44,896 bases of DNA from Gammaproteobacteria bacterium (GTDB lineage: Bacteria; Pseudomonadota; Gammaproteobacteria; Steroidobacterales; Steroidobacteraceae), in assembly GCA_020029545.1 (NCBI GenBank), contig JAIBJL010000024.1:1-44896 (forward strand), given 5' to 3'. Numbering within the stretch: the first letter of the stretch is position 1; the number at the start of each line of letters is the position of its first letter. Shown here one piece after another: positions 10,273-23,789 of this stretch. The notes beneath the pieces were generated by a model that was given only the letters and a program-made list of their open reading frames with translations, was not told the origin of the DNA and did no database searches. A program made the translations under genes and the position numbers.

Positions 10273-12108
10273 CTATTCGACCGTGACGGATTTAGCCAGG
10301 TTACGCGGCTGATCCACGTCGGTGCCGCGCAGTATCGCGCAATGATACGCCAGCAGCTGCAGGGGAATACTGTACACGGCGGAGGCCTGAAAGTGGCTAA
10401 CGTGCTTCGGCATGGTAATGACCGTAACCCCCTCTGAGGATTGCATGCCTGAGTCGGGATCGGCAAACACGATCAGCTCACCACCGCGGGCCCGCACTTC
10501 CTGCAAGTTCGACTTCAGCTTCTCGAGCAGGTCGTTGTTCGGTGCGATCGTGATCACCGGCATATCGGCATCGACGAGTGCCAGGGGCCCGTGCTTGAGT
10601 TCGCCGGCCGCATACGCCTCGGCGTGGATGTAGGAAATCTCCTTGAGTTTGAGTGCCCCTTCCATGGCGATCGGATACATCTGACCGCGACCCAGGAACA
10701 GCGCGTGGTGCTTGTCCGCAAAGCGTTTGGCGAGTTCCTTGATGATGCCATCGAGTTGCAAGGTCTTCTCCACCAAGCCCGGAATTTCCAGCAGACGCTG
10801 CACCAAGCCGCGTTCGCGTTCGGCATCGGCTGCGTTGAACTTGGCGAGTGCGACCACCAGCATGCCTAAGGCCACGAGTTGAGTCGTGAATGCCTTCGTC
10901 GAAGCGACGCCGATTTCCGGACCCGCGCGTGTCAACAGCACCAGCTCCGATTCACGGACTAGAGAACTTTCTGGAACATTGCAGATCGCCAGCGACGACA
11001 GATAGCCCGACTGCTTCGCCATGCGCAATGCCGCGAGCGTGTCGGCCGTCTCGCCCGACTGTGAAATCGTGACGAACAGCGTGTTCTTCGGCACGACCGG
11101 ACTGCGGTAGCGATACTCGCTGGCAATTTCGACCCAGCAGGGTAGTCGTGCAATCTGTTCGATGTAGTACTTGGCCACGGCGCCGGCGTGGAAGCTGGTT
11201 CCACAAGCCACGATCTGCACAGCTTCGGTCCGGCTGAAGATTTCCGAGGCCAGCGGACCGAATGCGGCTTCGAGCAGCTTGCCGCCGGCGACGCGCTCTT
11301 CGAGCGTTTGCGCAATGGCGCGCGGCTGCTCGAAAATCTCTTTGAGCATGAAATGGGCAAACTCGCCTTTCTCGGCGGCATCCGCCGACAGCGAACTGAT
11401 GCGTACCGGCCGCTGCGCGCTGTTGCCTTCGGCATCGATAACGCGCACGCCGTCGCGCCGCAACTCCGCAACATCGCCCTCTTCCAGGAAAATGAAATTT
11501 CGCGTGACGGGTAACAACGCCGCGACATCCGATGCTACGAAATTTTCTCCTTGCCCGATGCCGATCACGACCGGACAGCCGGCACGAGCGACGATGATGC
11601 TATCCGGATTGTCTTCGGACACGATGGCCAGCGCGTACGCGCCTTCGAGTTCGGCAACCGTGGCACGCACCGAACGGAAAATGTCATTCAGCTTCTGCTT
11701 GTGGAAGTGAATGCGATGCACGATCACTTCCGTGTCGGTCTCGGAAGTAAATACATAGCCGAGGCGTATCAGTTCATCGCGCAGTTCGTCGTGATTTTCG
11801 ATGATACCGTTGTGGACGATGGCGAGGCCGTCACGCGAGATGTGCGGATGCGCATTACGCTCCGATGGCACGCCATGAGTAGCCCAGCGCGTGTGCGCGA
11901 TGCCGAGCTTGCCCTCGGTCGGTGTTTCTTCCAGCGAGTCCTGCAGTTTGCGAACCTTGCCGACTGCACGCAGCCGGCTGAGATGACCGTTGGGACCGAG
12001 CACCGCCACGCCCGCCGAGTCGTAGCCACGATATTCCAGCCGTCGCAAGCCTTCGATCAGAATAGGAACGACATCACGTTCAGCGATTGCACCGACGATT
12101 CCACACAT
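10273..12108 (-). CDS. glmS: Glutamine--fructose-6-phosphate aminotransferase
   Basis: MCGIVG start, LEYRGYDSAG, HTRWATHG, SQSGETADT, C-terminal DQPRNLAKSVTVE. Confidence 0.98.
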   Translation of the reverse strand: MCGIVGAIAERDVVPILIEGLRRLEYRGYDSAGVAVLGPNGHLSRLRAVGKVRKLQDSLEETPTEGKLGIAHTRWATHGVPSERNAHPHISRDGLAIVHNGIIENHDELRDELIRLGYVFTSETDTEVIVHRIHFHKQKLNDIFRSVRATVAELEGAYALAIVSEDNPDSIIVARAGCPVVIGIGQGENFVASDVAALLPVTRNFIFLEEGDVAELRRDGVRVIDAEGNSAQRPVRISSLSADAAEKGEFAHFMLKEIFEQPRAIAQTLEERVAGGKLLEAAFGPLASEIFSRTEAVQIVACGTSFHAGAVAKYYIEQIARLPCWVEIASEYRYRSPVVPKNTLFVTISQSGETADTLAALRMAKQSGYLSSLAICNVPESSLVRESELVLLTRAGPEIGVASTKAFTTQLVALGMLVVALAKFNAADAERERGLVQRLLEIPGLVEKTLQLDGIIKELAKRFADKHHALFLGRGQMYPIAMEGALKLKEISYIHAEAYAAGELKHGPLALVDADMPVITIAPNNDLLEKLKSNLQEVRARGGELIVFADPDSGMQSSEGVTVITMPKHVSHFQASAVYSIPLQLLAYHCAILRGTDVDQPRNLAKSVTVE

Positions 12109-12285
12109 GGCAGACAGATCCTTGAGGTCAAAGCCCGATGGGACCAAATTCAGATTCTAGCGGACCGTATCATCCATAAACTGGCCTGGCTCACATTTCG
12201 TCGTCAGCGAGTTCCTGGCAACGCCACGAAATCCAACAGCCAGCAGCATGCAAACGTTGCGAGCACCTGGCCGCAGAGCAGCGGT

Positions 12286-13575
12286 TTAACTGCGTTTCTT
12301 TTGCGGACGTTGCCACCCCTCGATAGTGACCTGGCGCGCGCGAGCCAAGGTCAATTTGCCCTCGGGGGCGTCCTGCGTGATGGTCGACCCCGCCCCAGTA
12401 TTCGCACCGGAACCGATTTTCACTGGCGCGATCAGCATCGAACCGGAACCGACGAAGGCGTTGTCGCCGATCTCAGTGCGCCACTTGTTCGCGCCGTCAT
12501 AGTTGACCGTGATCGTGCCAGCACCGACATTGACCTTTCTGCCGACGGTCGCATCCCCCAGATACGTCAGGTGATTGGCCTTGCTGCCCGCGCCGATTTC
12601 GCTTTTTTTGACTTCGACGAAGTTGCCAATGTGCACGTCCTCGTGCAGCACGCTGTCAGGCCGCAGCCGGGCAAACGGGCCGATCACATTGCGAGGGCCG
12701 ACCTCAGCCTGATCGATCACGCAATTCGGATGGACTTCGGTGTCCGCATCGATGCGGCAATCCTTCAGGTAGCAGTTCGGACCAATGCGGACCCGGTCAC
12801 CGAGAAATACCTTGCCCACCATGACGACATTGACATCGATGAATACATCGCGACCGACCTCCACGAGGGCGGCTTCGAGAAAGGCCAGTTGAATCTTATC
12901 GTTGACGCCCAGTACTTCGGTTTCTGCGGGGGCGACGACCGCGTTCACTTTCAGCCCCTCGCGCACCGCCATGACTATGACATCGGTGAGGTAATACTCA
13001 CCCTGCGCGTTGTCGTTCTTCAACGCGGCGAGCCATCCGCGCAAGGACTTTGCCGGGACTGTCAGCAGGCCGGTATTGATCTCATTGATGGCTCGCTCTT
13101 TGGTGTTCGCATCCTTCTGCTCGACGATACGCACGACGTTGCCGGCGCCATCGCGAACGATGCGGCCGTAGCCAGTCGGATCGGAAGCAATGACCGTCAG
13201 TACGCTGATGGCGCGGTCATTGCTTTCGCGCAGCAACGCTTCCAGGGTTGCCTTGCGCACCAAGGGCACATCGCCAAACAGAATCAGTACTTGATGATCG
13301 TCGGGAATCGCCGGCATTGCCTGCGCGACTGCATGCCCGGTGCCTAGCTGTTGCGCCTGCAATGCCCATTGCACCGGTTGTTGCGCCATGCATGTCCGGA
13401 CCTGTTCGCCGCCGTGGCCGTACACGACGTGAATGCCGTCGGCATGGAGCGCCTTTGCGGTTTCGATCACGTGACCGAGGATGGGCTGCCCGGCGAGCGG
13501 CTGCAGCACTTTGGGCAGATCCGACTTCATTCGCTTGCCCTGGCCGGCAGCGAGAATCACGATGGAAAGGGGCAT
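12286..13575 (-). CDS. glmU: Bifunctional GlmU with an apparent in-frame internal deletion (~26 aa)
   Basis: LAAGQGKRMKS, QLGTGHA, NAQGEYYLTD, GPFARLRP, GNFVEVKK, NYDGANK; only 429 aa. Confidence 0.93.
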   Translation of the reverse strand: MPLSIVILAAGQGKRMKSDLPKVLQPLAGQPILGHVIETAKALHADGIHVVYGHGGEQVRTCMAQQPVQWALQAQQLGTGHAVAQAMPAIPDDHQVLILFGDVPLVRKATLEALLRESNDRAISVLTVIASDPTGYGRIVRDGAGNVVRIVEQKDANTKERAINEINTGLLTVPAKSLRGWLAALKNDNAQGEYYLTDVIVMAVREGLKVNAVVAPAETEVLGVNDKIQLAFLEAALVEVGRDVFIDVNVVMVGKVFLGDRVRIGPNCYLKDCRIDADTEVHPNCVIDQAEVGPRNVIGPFARLRPDSVLHEDVHIGNFVEVKKSEIGAGSKANHLTYLGDATVGRKVNVGAGTITVNYDGANKWRTEIGDNAFVGSGSMLIAPVKIGSGANTGAGSTITQDAPEGKLTLARARQVTIEGWQRPQKKRS

Positions 13576-13605
13576 AGAGCTTCGATGGCAACAGATTGAC
13601 GGGCT

Positions 13606-13687
13606 ATGACCAAAGGGCAGCGGGGCCCTGCGGAAATCCCCAGGGGATGACCAAAAGGAGGAAGCGGGAGTCCTTGCGGAAATCCCC
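13606..13687. repeat. Imperfect ~40-bp tandem duplication upstream of glmU
   Basis: ATGACCAAA..GCGGG..CC(T)TGCGGAAATCCCC at 13606-13641 and 13647-13687. Confidence 0.6.
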
Positions 13688-13693
13688 CGCGGA

Positions 13694-13740
13694 CAGGCTA
13701 CAGGCTACAGCCAGAATGGAGCAGCGACAACGCCGTAGCC
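13694..13740. repeat. Degenerate heptamer-array element (CAGGCTA x2 + CAGCCAGA)
   Basis: Same unit and inner boundary as the elements at 15810, 16817 and 25681; right arm reduced to CGTAGCC. Confidence 0.55.
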
Positions 13741-13795
13741 TCAAAGCACGGCAATTCCTGGAGGCGACACCGCATCAAGCTCAGTCCAACCCATA

Positions 13796-13820
13796 GAAAA
13801 AGGCGCCGCGAGGGCGCCTT
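13796..13820 (-). terminator. Rho-independent terminator of the atp operon
   Basis: Minus strand AAGGCGCC-ctcgc-GGCGCCTT then TTT, ~40 nt after the atpC stop. Confidence 0.75.
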
Positions 13821-13862
13821 GCTTCTCTGGCTAACCCGTCCGGCTGGGGGCAGCCCGGAGTC

Positions 13863-14282
13863 TCAGCTCTTCAGCTTTCGCAGCTTTTCGATGGCGCGGA
13901 TCTGTGCCACGGCTTGGGCGAGCTGTGCCTGCAATTCCGCTGCCTCGACCGTGCCGGCGCGGTTTTTGAGTGCCTCTTCGGCGCGCTGCTTGGCCTGCAA
14001 CGCGGCAGCTTCATCCAGATCCTTCGCACGCAGCGCGGTGTCGGCCAGCACGGTGACCAGGTGCGGCTGAATTTCGAGTGCACCGCCGGAGACAAAAAAG
14101 AATTGCTCTTCCTTGCCTGGCGCTTGCACACGAACTTCGCCGGCCTTCAGGGTGGTCAGCAAGGGCGCGTGACGCGGCGCGATACCAATTTCGCCCATGG
14201 CAGCCGGCGCGAACACCATCGAGGCCTCGCCCGAAAAGATTTCGCCTTCGGCGCTGACGATATCGACGTGTAAGGTGGCCAT
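13863..14282 (-). CDS. atpC: F1 ATP synthase epsilon subunit
   Basis: [38 protein letters not shown]; operon position. Confidence 0.97.
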   Translation of the reverse strand: MATLHVDIVSAEGEIFSGEASMVFAPAAMGEIGIAPRHAPLLTTLKAGEVRVQAPGKEEQFFFVSGGALEIQPHLVTVLADTALRAKDLDEAAALQAKQRAEEALKNRAGTVEAAELQAQLAQAVAQIRAIEKLRKLKS

Positions 14283-14293
14283 AGCTGCTTCGC

Positions 14294-14368
14294 GTGAGTG
14301 GTGAGTGGTGAGTGGTGAGTGGCAAGATTGGAGTCTGACTATTCACGACTCACGACTCGCCACTCACT
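14294..14368. repeat. Inverted heptamer arrays (GTGAGTG x4 versus TCACGAC/TCGCCAC-type units)
   Basis: Tandem 7-mers followed by degenerate reverse-complement 7-mers, filling the atpD-atpC spacer. Confidence 0.85.
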
Positions 14369-14374
14369 CTGCTC

Positions 14375-15940
<1,566 letters not shown>

Positions 15941-15944
15941 TTTG

Positions 15945-16808
15945 CTAGACCGCCGCCGCTCCGCCGACGATCTCGCTGATCTCTTTCGTGATCGCCGCCT
16001 GACGTGCCTTGTTGTAGATCAACTGCAACTCCTCGATGAGCTTGCCGGCATTGTCGGTTGCGCTCTTCATCGCCACCATGCGGGCCGCCATTTCGCTGGC
16101 GACGTTCTCCACGGCGCCCTGGTACACCTGGCTTTCGATGTACCGCATCAGCATGCCTTCGAGCAGTTCGGCTGCGGACGGTTCATAGATATAGTCCCAG
16201 TGCTTCTGCAGCTGGCTTTCATCTTCGGTGATCACGGGCAGCAGCTGACTGATCGTCGGGCGCTGCGACATCGTATTCACGAAGACATTGTTCACCAGGA
16301 ACAACCGGTCGAGCTTGCCTTCCTGGTACTGATCCAGCATCACCTTCACGGTGCCGATCAGGTCCGCAACATGCGGACGATCACCGAGGTGGGTCACGGT
16401 CGCGACGGTCTGGACATTGCTCAGGCGGCGGAAGAACTGCACACCCTTCGAACCGATCAGACACAGCGATACGGTCGCGCCTTGCTTCTGCCAGTCGCGC
16501 ATCGCGGCCAGTGTGGCCTTGAACAGGTTGACGTTGAGTCCGCCGGCCAGACCGCGATCGGTGGTGATGATGATGAACCCCACCGACTTCGCCTCACGTT
16601 CGAGCATGAACGGATGCTTGTATTCCGGATTGGCGAGGCGCAGATGTCCGATGACGCGACGAATCCTTTCGGCGTACGGTCGCGAAGCGCGCATGCGTTC
16701 CTGCGCCTTGCGCATCTTGCTCGCGGCCACCATTTCCATGGCCTTGGTAATCTTCTGCGTGCTTTTGAAGCTCGCAATCTTGACGCGGATTTCTTTTACG
16801 CCGGGCAT
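15945..16808 (-). CDS. atpG: F1 ATP synthase gamma subunit
   Basis: [41 protein letters not shown]. Confidence 0.98.
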   Translation of the reverse strand: MPGVKEIRVKIASFKSTQKITKAMEMVAASKMRKAQERMRASRPYAERIRRVIGHLRLANPEYKHPFMLEREAKSVGFIIITTDRGLAGGLNVNLFKATLAAMRDWQKQGATVSLCLIGSKGVQFFRRLSNVQTVATVTHLGDRPHVADLIGTVKVMLDQYQEGKLDRLFLVNNVFVNTMSQRPTISQLLPVITEDESQLQKHWDYIYEPSAAELLEGMLMRYIESQVYQGAVENVASEMAARMVAMKSATDNAGKLIEELQLIYNKARQAAITKEISEIVGGAAAV

Positions 16809-16816
16809 GAGCTTCG

Positions 16817-16988
16817 CTGGCTACGGGCTACGGGCTACGGGCTACAGCCAGATACCGCTACGCGGTGATCCGGAATTGCCTTTTGCTTGCGCCTTTAAGC
16901 CCCTCCTCGAATCGTTAGTCCGCAACGTCCACTGCTTCGAGCTGCAGTCTTTTTCTGACCGTAGCCCGTCGCCTGTAGCGCGTCGCCC
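16817..16988. repeat. Inverted heptamer-array element in the atpA-atpG spacer
   Basis: CTGGCTA (CGGGCTA)x3 CAGCCAGA ... TCTGACCG TAGCCCG TCGCCTG TAGCGCG TCGCCC. Confidence 0.85.
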
Positions 16989-16990
16989 AA

Positions 16991-18532
16991 TCAGTACGTT
17001 CCCGTCGCGACGAACTCTTCGCAGAGCTTTTTCAGACCCGCTTCGACGTCCTTCGACAGCTCCGGCTTGGCTTCGATGCCGTCCATCAACTGCTTGTAGT
17101 TCGTCTTCGCGAAGGACTGCAGCGCCGCTTCGAAGTCGCCGATCTTCTTGCGCTCGACCTTGTCCATGAAGCCGTTGTTGACGGCGTAAATCGACAGCGC
17201 CATTTCGGCCACCGACATCGGTGCGAACTGCTTCTGCTTCATCAGTTCCGTAGTACGCTGGCCACGCTCCAGCTGGCGGCGAGTCGCTTCGTCGAGATCC
17301 GAGGCGAACTGCGAGAAGGCCGCCAGCTCGCGATACTGTGCGAGTGCCAGACGAATACCGCCGCCAAGCTTCTTGATGATGCCGGTCTGGGCGGCGCCAC
17401 CGACGCGCGACACCGAAACGCCGGCGTTCATCGCCGGACGCTGACCCGCATTGAACAAGTCGCCTTCCAGGAAGATCTGACCATCGGTGATCGAAATCAC
17501 GTTCGTCGGCACGAATGCCGTCACGTCGCCGGCCTGGGTCTCGATGACCGGCAATCCGGTAAGCGAGCCCGTCTTGCCCTTTACGCGGCCGCCGGTCTTC
17601 TTCTCGACGTAGTCTTCGCTCACGCGAGCCGCGCGCTCGAGCAGACGAGAGTGCAGATAGAACACGTCGCCGGGATAGGCTTCGCGGCCCGGAGGACGAC
17701 GCAGCAACAGCGAGATCTGGCGATACGCCCAAGCCTGTTTGGTCAAGTCGTCATAAATGATCAGCGCATCTTCACCCTGATCCATGAAGTACTCGCCCAT
17801 CGCGCAACCTGAGTACGGCGCGAGGTACTGCATGGCTGCCGGTGTCGAAGCCGACGCCGCCACGATAATCGTGTGCTTCAGCGCATCGTGTTCTTCGAGC
17901 TTGCGCACGACGTTGGCAATCGACGACTGCTTCTGGCCGATCGCAACGTAAACACATTTGATGCCGCTGGACTTCTGATTGATGATGGTATCGATCGCGA
18001 GCGCCGTCTTGCCGGTCTGGCGATCGCCGATGATGAGTTCGCGCTGACCGCGGCCAATCGGCACCATGGAGTCGATGGCCTTGTAACCGGTCTGCACCGG
18101 CTGGCTGACTGACTTACGATGCAACACGCCGGGGGCTACGCGCTCGATCGGCGCATTGCGTACCGCCTTGATCGGACCCTTGCCGTCGATCGGATTGCCG
18201 AGGCCATCCACGACGCGACCGAGCAGTGCTTCGCCCACGGGCACTTCGAGAATGCGCCCGGTCGTCTTGACGGTGTTGCCTTCGACGATGTGCTTGTATT
18301 CGCCCAGCACCACGGCACCGACCGAATCCTGCTCGAGATTCAGCGCCAAACCGAAGCTGCCGCCGGGAAACTCCAGCATTTCGCCGTATTTCACGTCGGC
18401 GAGACCGTGCACGCGCACGATACCGTCGGTGACCGTCACAACCGTGCCGACATTGCGGTCGTCAGTCGCACTCGAGAACTTCTCGATGCGCGCCTTGATC
18501 AGATCGCTGATTTCCGATGCCTTGATGGACAT
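16991..18532 (-). CDS. atpA: F1 ATP synthase alpha subunit
   Basis: [41 protein letters not shown]. Confidence 0.99.
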   Translation of the reverse strand: MSIKASEISDLIKARIEKFSSATDDRNVGTVVTVTDGIVRVHGLADVKYGEMLEFPGGSFGLALNLEQDSVGAVVLGEYKHIVEGNTVKTTGRILEVPVGEALLGRVVDGLGNPIDGKGPIKAVRNAPIERVAPGVLHRKSVSQPVQTGYKAIDSMVPIGRGQRELIIGDRQTGKTALAIDTIINQKSSGIKCVYVAIGQKQSSIANVVRKLEEHDALKHTIIVAASASTPAAMQYLAPYSGCAMGEYFMDQGEDALIIYDDLTKQAWAYRQISLLLRRPPGREAYPGDVFYLHSRLLERAARVSEDYVEKKTGGRVKGKTGSLTGLPVIETQAGDVTAFVPTNVISITDGQIFLEGDLFNAGQRPAMNAGVSVSRVGGAAQTGIIKKLGGGIRLALAQYRELAAFSQFASDLDEATRRQLERGQRTTELMKQKQFAPMSVAEMALSIYAVNNGFMDKVERKKIGDFEAALQSFAKTNYKQLMDGIEAKPELSKDVEAGLKKLCEEFVATGTY

Positions 18533-18616
18533 TTCCCGCTACCTCTTTAGAGAAGCGGATGAGTTCATCCGCGACTCTGACGTTTCCGTTGGGCGACGTA
18601 AGCGTCACCAGTATTT

Positions 18617-19153
18617 TCAGTGTGCCAACTCGGCCGACAGCCGTTCCAGCCGTCCCTTGAGCGAGCCGTCGATAATGAGATCGCCAGACCGGACAATCGC
18701 GCCGCCAACCAGCGAGGCATCGATGTCGCAATGCAGCCGTACATCGCGCTTCATGCGCTTCTTCAATGCCGATGACAGACGCAGACGCTGGCTTTCATCC
18801 AATGCCACCGCCGAAGTGACCTGCACGTCGACCACGTTCTCCACATCAGCGCGCAGCACTTCATACAGGGAAGCGATTTCCGGCAGCACCCGCAGGCGGC
18901 GGTTCTCCGCCAGCGTCGCAAAGAAGTTCCTGCCATTCGGGTCTTCACCCACGCCAATGGCATCGCCAATCAGCGAGGTCAGCTCCTGTGCAGTCACTTT
19001 CGGACTGGTCAGCAGACCCGCCACTTTCGGGTGCTGAACCAAGGCGGCAGCGGCAGCCAGCAGCTCCGACCAGCGTGCCAGCACCTTGTGCTCGTTTGCA
19101 TAGGCAAACGCGGCGCGGGCATAGGGTCGGGCGATCGTGATGTTCTCTGCCAT
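18617..19153 (-). CDS. atpH: F1 ATP synthase delta subunit
   Basis: TIARPYARAAF, LAENRRL, IIDGSLKGRL. Confidence 0.96.
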   Translation of the reverse strand: MAENITIARPYARAAFAYANEHKVLARWSELLAAAAALVQHPKVAGLLTSPKVTAQELTSLIGDAIGVGEDPNGRNFFATLAENRRLRVLPEIASLYEVLRADVENVVDVQVTSAVALDESQRLRLSSALKKRMKRDVRLHCDIDASLVGGAIVRSGDLIIDGSLKGRLERLSAELAH

Positions 19154-19162
19154 GAGTTCGCC

Positions 19163-19642
19163 CTAGCCCCGTTCGATCTCGTTGGCGAGGTTGTTGAGCA
19201 GATCCGCATGCGTCCGCGCATCGACTTCACGGCCCAACAGCTTGGAGGCGGCAGCGACTGCGAGCGATGCGGCTTCGCGACGCAGTTGCTCACGCGCGCG
19301 TGTCGATTCCAGAGCCACTTCCTGTCGGGCGTCGGCGATCAGCCGCTGACCTTCGACCACGGCATTGCCGCGCGCTTCTTCGACCAGCTCGTTCGAATGG
19401 CGATTGGCTTGATCGACGATCTTGGTGGCCTGCCCGCGCGCTTCCTTGACGATGTCATTCGCAGCGGTCTTTGCTGCCGCGAGCTCCTTCTCGCCACGCT
19501 CGCTGGCGGCCAGACCCTGAGCGATCTTTTTCTGTCGTTCTTCGATGGCCGCCAGGATCGGCGGCCAGCCATAGCGCATCACCAGCCAGGCGACGGCCAT
19601 GAAAGCCACGATCTGGATGATCAGCGTGAGATTGGGAAGCAT
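19163..19642 (-). CDS. atpF: F0 ATP synthase subunit b
   Basis: N-terminal TM helix, WPPILAAIEERQKKI, long coiled coil. Confidence 0.96.
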   Translation of the reverse strand: MLPNLTLIIQIVAFMAVAWLVMRYGWPPILAAIEERQKKIAQGLAASERGEKELAAAKTAANDIVKEARGQATKIVDQANRHSNELVEEARGNAVVEGQRLIADARQEVALESTRAREQLRREAASLAVAAASKLLGREVDARTHADLLNNLANEIERG

Positions 19643-19682
19643 GCCTGCGCTCCGGATCTATGAGGTCGTGCGATGCGTTCGC

Positions 19683-19985
<303 letters not shown>

Positions 19986-20032
19986 CTAAAAGTAACAGTG
20001 GCGGTAAATCAAACGACTCAATGCATGCGACT

Positions 20033-21269
<1,237 letters not shown>

Positions 21270-21329
21270 ATCGCATTAAAAACCTACGAATTCCAGCTGA
21301 AAATCAGCGCCCGGCCGTGAGGGCGGCGC

Positions 21330-21358
21330 ATTATACGCAGCGTTTTGCAGTGCTTCAA
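21330..21358 (-). promoter_or_regulatory. sigma70 promoter of the atp operon
   Basis: TTGAAG (21358-21353), 17 nt, TATAAT (21335-21330), then a GC-rich discriminator GCGCCGCC. Confidence 0.75.
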
Positions 21359-21450
21359 ATCGAAACTACGTTGTTGAACAGAACAAGGGGCGGGTATCCG
21401 GCCAGACTACGGACCGAAGACCCAAAAAAGCAGGGGCGGGACACTGCTAG

Positions 21451-23733
21451 CTAAAGCCGGTGACGGATCTTGATCAGAAACTGATCCGCGTCGCGGACCT
21501 CGGACATGTCCGTAAACAGCCCGTCGACGCCGCGATCATCGTCTAGCCGCAATGCCATGCCGCCCCGGCCGTAGACGACGAACAGCTCCGACTGCGGACC
21601 CATCTCGAAACGATAGCGAATCTGCAACCCGAGATTGCTAGCCGTAAACGTCGGTATGGGCTCGGCGACCGGCAGCAAATCGCCCCGCGCGTTGGTACGG
21701 TAGACTTGGCGAGTCTCGGCGTCGATGCCGATCCATTGCCATTTGACGCGCAGCTCATGACGGGGCACGGGAATCCAGTCGAGCCGAAAATCGAAGTCCA
21801 GTCGCCGCGCCCGGTACGTGGCAAAGCGGTTGTCGTTTTCCCACAGTAGCCAGTCATCGCTCCACTGCGGTTGCAGCGTCAGGCGCAAAGTCAGGTTCTC
21901 ATGCGGATACCAGGCTGCGGTGGCAAACACCCAGGCAGCGTAGTCCCGCACGCCTTGCTGGAACAGATAGCCGCCCAGGATGTAGACCCAGTCGCCGAAT
22001 CGTGGCGAGTTCAAATCGGCATAGGCACCGATCCGCTGGTCCAGACGCACCGATCCGTGACCGCGCGAGATCACATCGTCCACGCCGGAAGGGATATAGC
22101 GCACCTCTTCGAACGCGCGCCACGCGCTGCGATACTGTACATCGCGCGACATGAGCACGCGCGATTGCAAGCGCTCGCCGTCGAGATTCTCGCGATACTG
22201 CAGGTGCAGGCGTTGAGTCTCGCCACTTACCCGGCTGGTATTGCTGGCTGCTGCCACGCGCCGAAACGTCTCCCACTCGGCCTGCTGCAGCGAGCTGCGC
22301 TCCATGTAACCCATGTCGTTCATGTCGAACCGCCGATCGATATGCAGCAGTTTCAGTGAGTGGGTGAGCGGCGCGGTGCGATTGAAATCCGCCTGTAACC
22401 AACCTTCGTAGCCATCGGTTCGCGTGTTCTCTACATCGATGTCCGAGCGCACCACCTGACCTGCCAGCCGCCACCACTCACTGGGCGTGATCTCGAAATC
22501 CAGGGAATTGACCAAGGCATCGCGCGCGAGCTGCGGCCGTTCGGTCCAGGTCGCCAGGTGCCCAACTCTCACGCGCTCGAAAGGCAGCAGCAGGCGCGTG
22601 GCAGCGAAGCGCCTTCCTGCATCGCGATCGAAATCATTCTCCTGTGCAACGAATGCGCCGTACGCCAGCGAGCCAGTGCTGCCGGTCAGCTTGATGGCGG
22701 CATCGATGTCCGAAGAACCGGTGGTGGCACCGTCGCGTGCAGCGCCGATGCGGCGGGTATAGATAAGTTGACCGTTGGCCGGCGTACGCAGATCGAACAG
22801 TCCTTGGTTCTCGGTGAAAAACGGGCGTTTGTCGGTGTAGACGGTTTCAATAGCCGAGAAGTCCACGACCAGTTCATCGCTTTCCACCTGCCCGAAATCA
22901 GGATTCAGGGCCGCTGCCAGCGACAGGTTTGGCGAAGGTCGCCAGTTGATGTCCGCCCCGACCTTGAACTGGTTGCTGTCGGAAATCTGGTCGGAGATCA
23001 GCGATGCATAGGGCACGAAATCGAGACTGGCATCAGCCGCGTGCTGCGAGATCTCGATACGCTGAAAGTCCGACAGGAAGACAGCCGATTCAGGATCCAG
23101 CCCGGGACATGCATAGCGTTCATTGCGCTCAAACAAGTAGCGTGACGCGTACATCCCGATCGTGCGCTGCGCCTCAGGCGAACGACGCATGCTGACGGTC
23201 GACCACGGAATGAGCATCTCGACGAACCATTGATCGTCCGTTTCGCGCACGGCGTGCTGCCATACACCATCCCAGTCGCGATCGAATTCGTTCTGATTGG
23301 TGATCAGGCCATCGCGAACACCGCCGCCGAGACCGACCGAAAATTCATAGGCAATCTGGCCGGTCGCATCGAAATCCAGCATCAGACTGACCGAATCGCC
23401 GGTGAGCGTTTCCGAATCGCGCGGCGTACGCGGTTTCATGCGACGCTCGCCGGCAGGCTGATCGATCGTGAAGGCTGCCGCCAGTCCCTGCGGCGTCGCT
23501 ATCACACGCACTTCGTTGCGGTAGCGGGGTGTATCGAGTGCAAACGGTAGTGTGCGCCGCCACTCCGGACAGCTGACGGCAGCCTGCCACTCAGCTTCGT
23601 CGATCAATCCATCAACGACAATGTCAGCGCGGACCACACCCGTGCTGCACACCGTATACAGTGCGAACAGGACGCAGAGACGGCGACAAACTTGGCCAAA
23701 GAACGTCGCGTTCAGTTCCGGCACCTGATCCAT
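21451..23733 (-). CDS. DUF5916/CBM9-like outer membrane protein
   Basis: Signal peptide; VDGLIDEAEW, DWDGVW, VEMLIPW (CBM9-like); LNPDFGQVESD, DKRPFFTEN, YTRRIG; C-terminal barrel strand. Confidence 0.85.
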   Translation of the reverse strand: MDQVPELNATFFGQVCRRLCVLFALYTVCSTGVVRADIVVDGLIDEAEWQAAVSCPEWRRTLPFALDTPRYRNEVRVIATPQGLAAAFTIDQPAGERRMKPRTPRDSETLTGDSVSLMLDFDATGQIAYEFSVGLGGGVRDGLITNQNEFDRDWDGVWQHAVRETDDQWFVEMLIPWSTVSMRRSPEAQRTIGMYASRYLFERNERYACPGLDPESAVFLSDFQRIEISQHAADASLDFVPYASLISDQISDSNQFKVGADINWRPSPNLSLAAALNPDFGQVESDELVVDFSAIETVYTDKRPFFTENQGLFDLRTPANGQLIYTRRIGAARDGATTGSSDIDAAIKLTGSTGSLAYGAFVAQENDFDRDAGRRFAATRLLLPFERVRVGHLATWTERPQLARDALVNSLDFEITPSEWWRLAGQVVRSDIDVENTRTDGYEGWLQADFNRTAPLTHSLKLLHIDRRFDMNDMGYMERSSLQQAEWETFRRVAAASNTSRVSGETQRLHLQYRENLDGERLQSRVLMSRDVQYRSAWRAFEEVRYIPSGVDDVISRGHGSVRLDQRIGAYADLNSPRFGDWVYILGGYLFQQGVRDYAAWVFATAAWYPHENLTLRLTLQPQWSDDWLLWENDNRFATYRARRLDFDFRLDWIPVPRHELRVKWQWIGIDAETRQVYRTNARGDLLPVAEPIPTFTASNLGLQIRYRFEMGPQSELFVVYGRGGMALRLDDDRGVDGLFTDMSEVRDADQFLIKIRHRL

Positions 23734-23789
23734 GCTCCGTCCGCATCCATGGCAGACCTCATCGTCCTGATGTTCACTGCCGTGTCGCT

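Noticed and set aside
12109-12285. glmS ribozyme upstream of glmS
   Set aside because: No recognisable core sequence; mainly a Gram-positive element
11551-13347. 598-aa plus-strand ORF
   Set aside because: Antisense shadow of glmS/glmU with no recognisable motifs; common in GC-rich DNA
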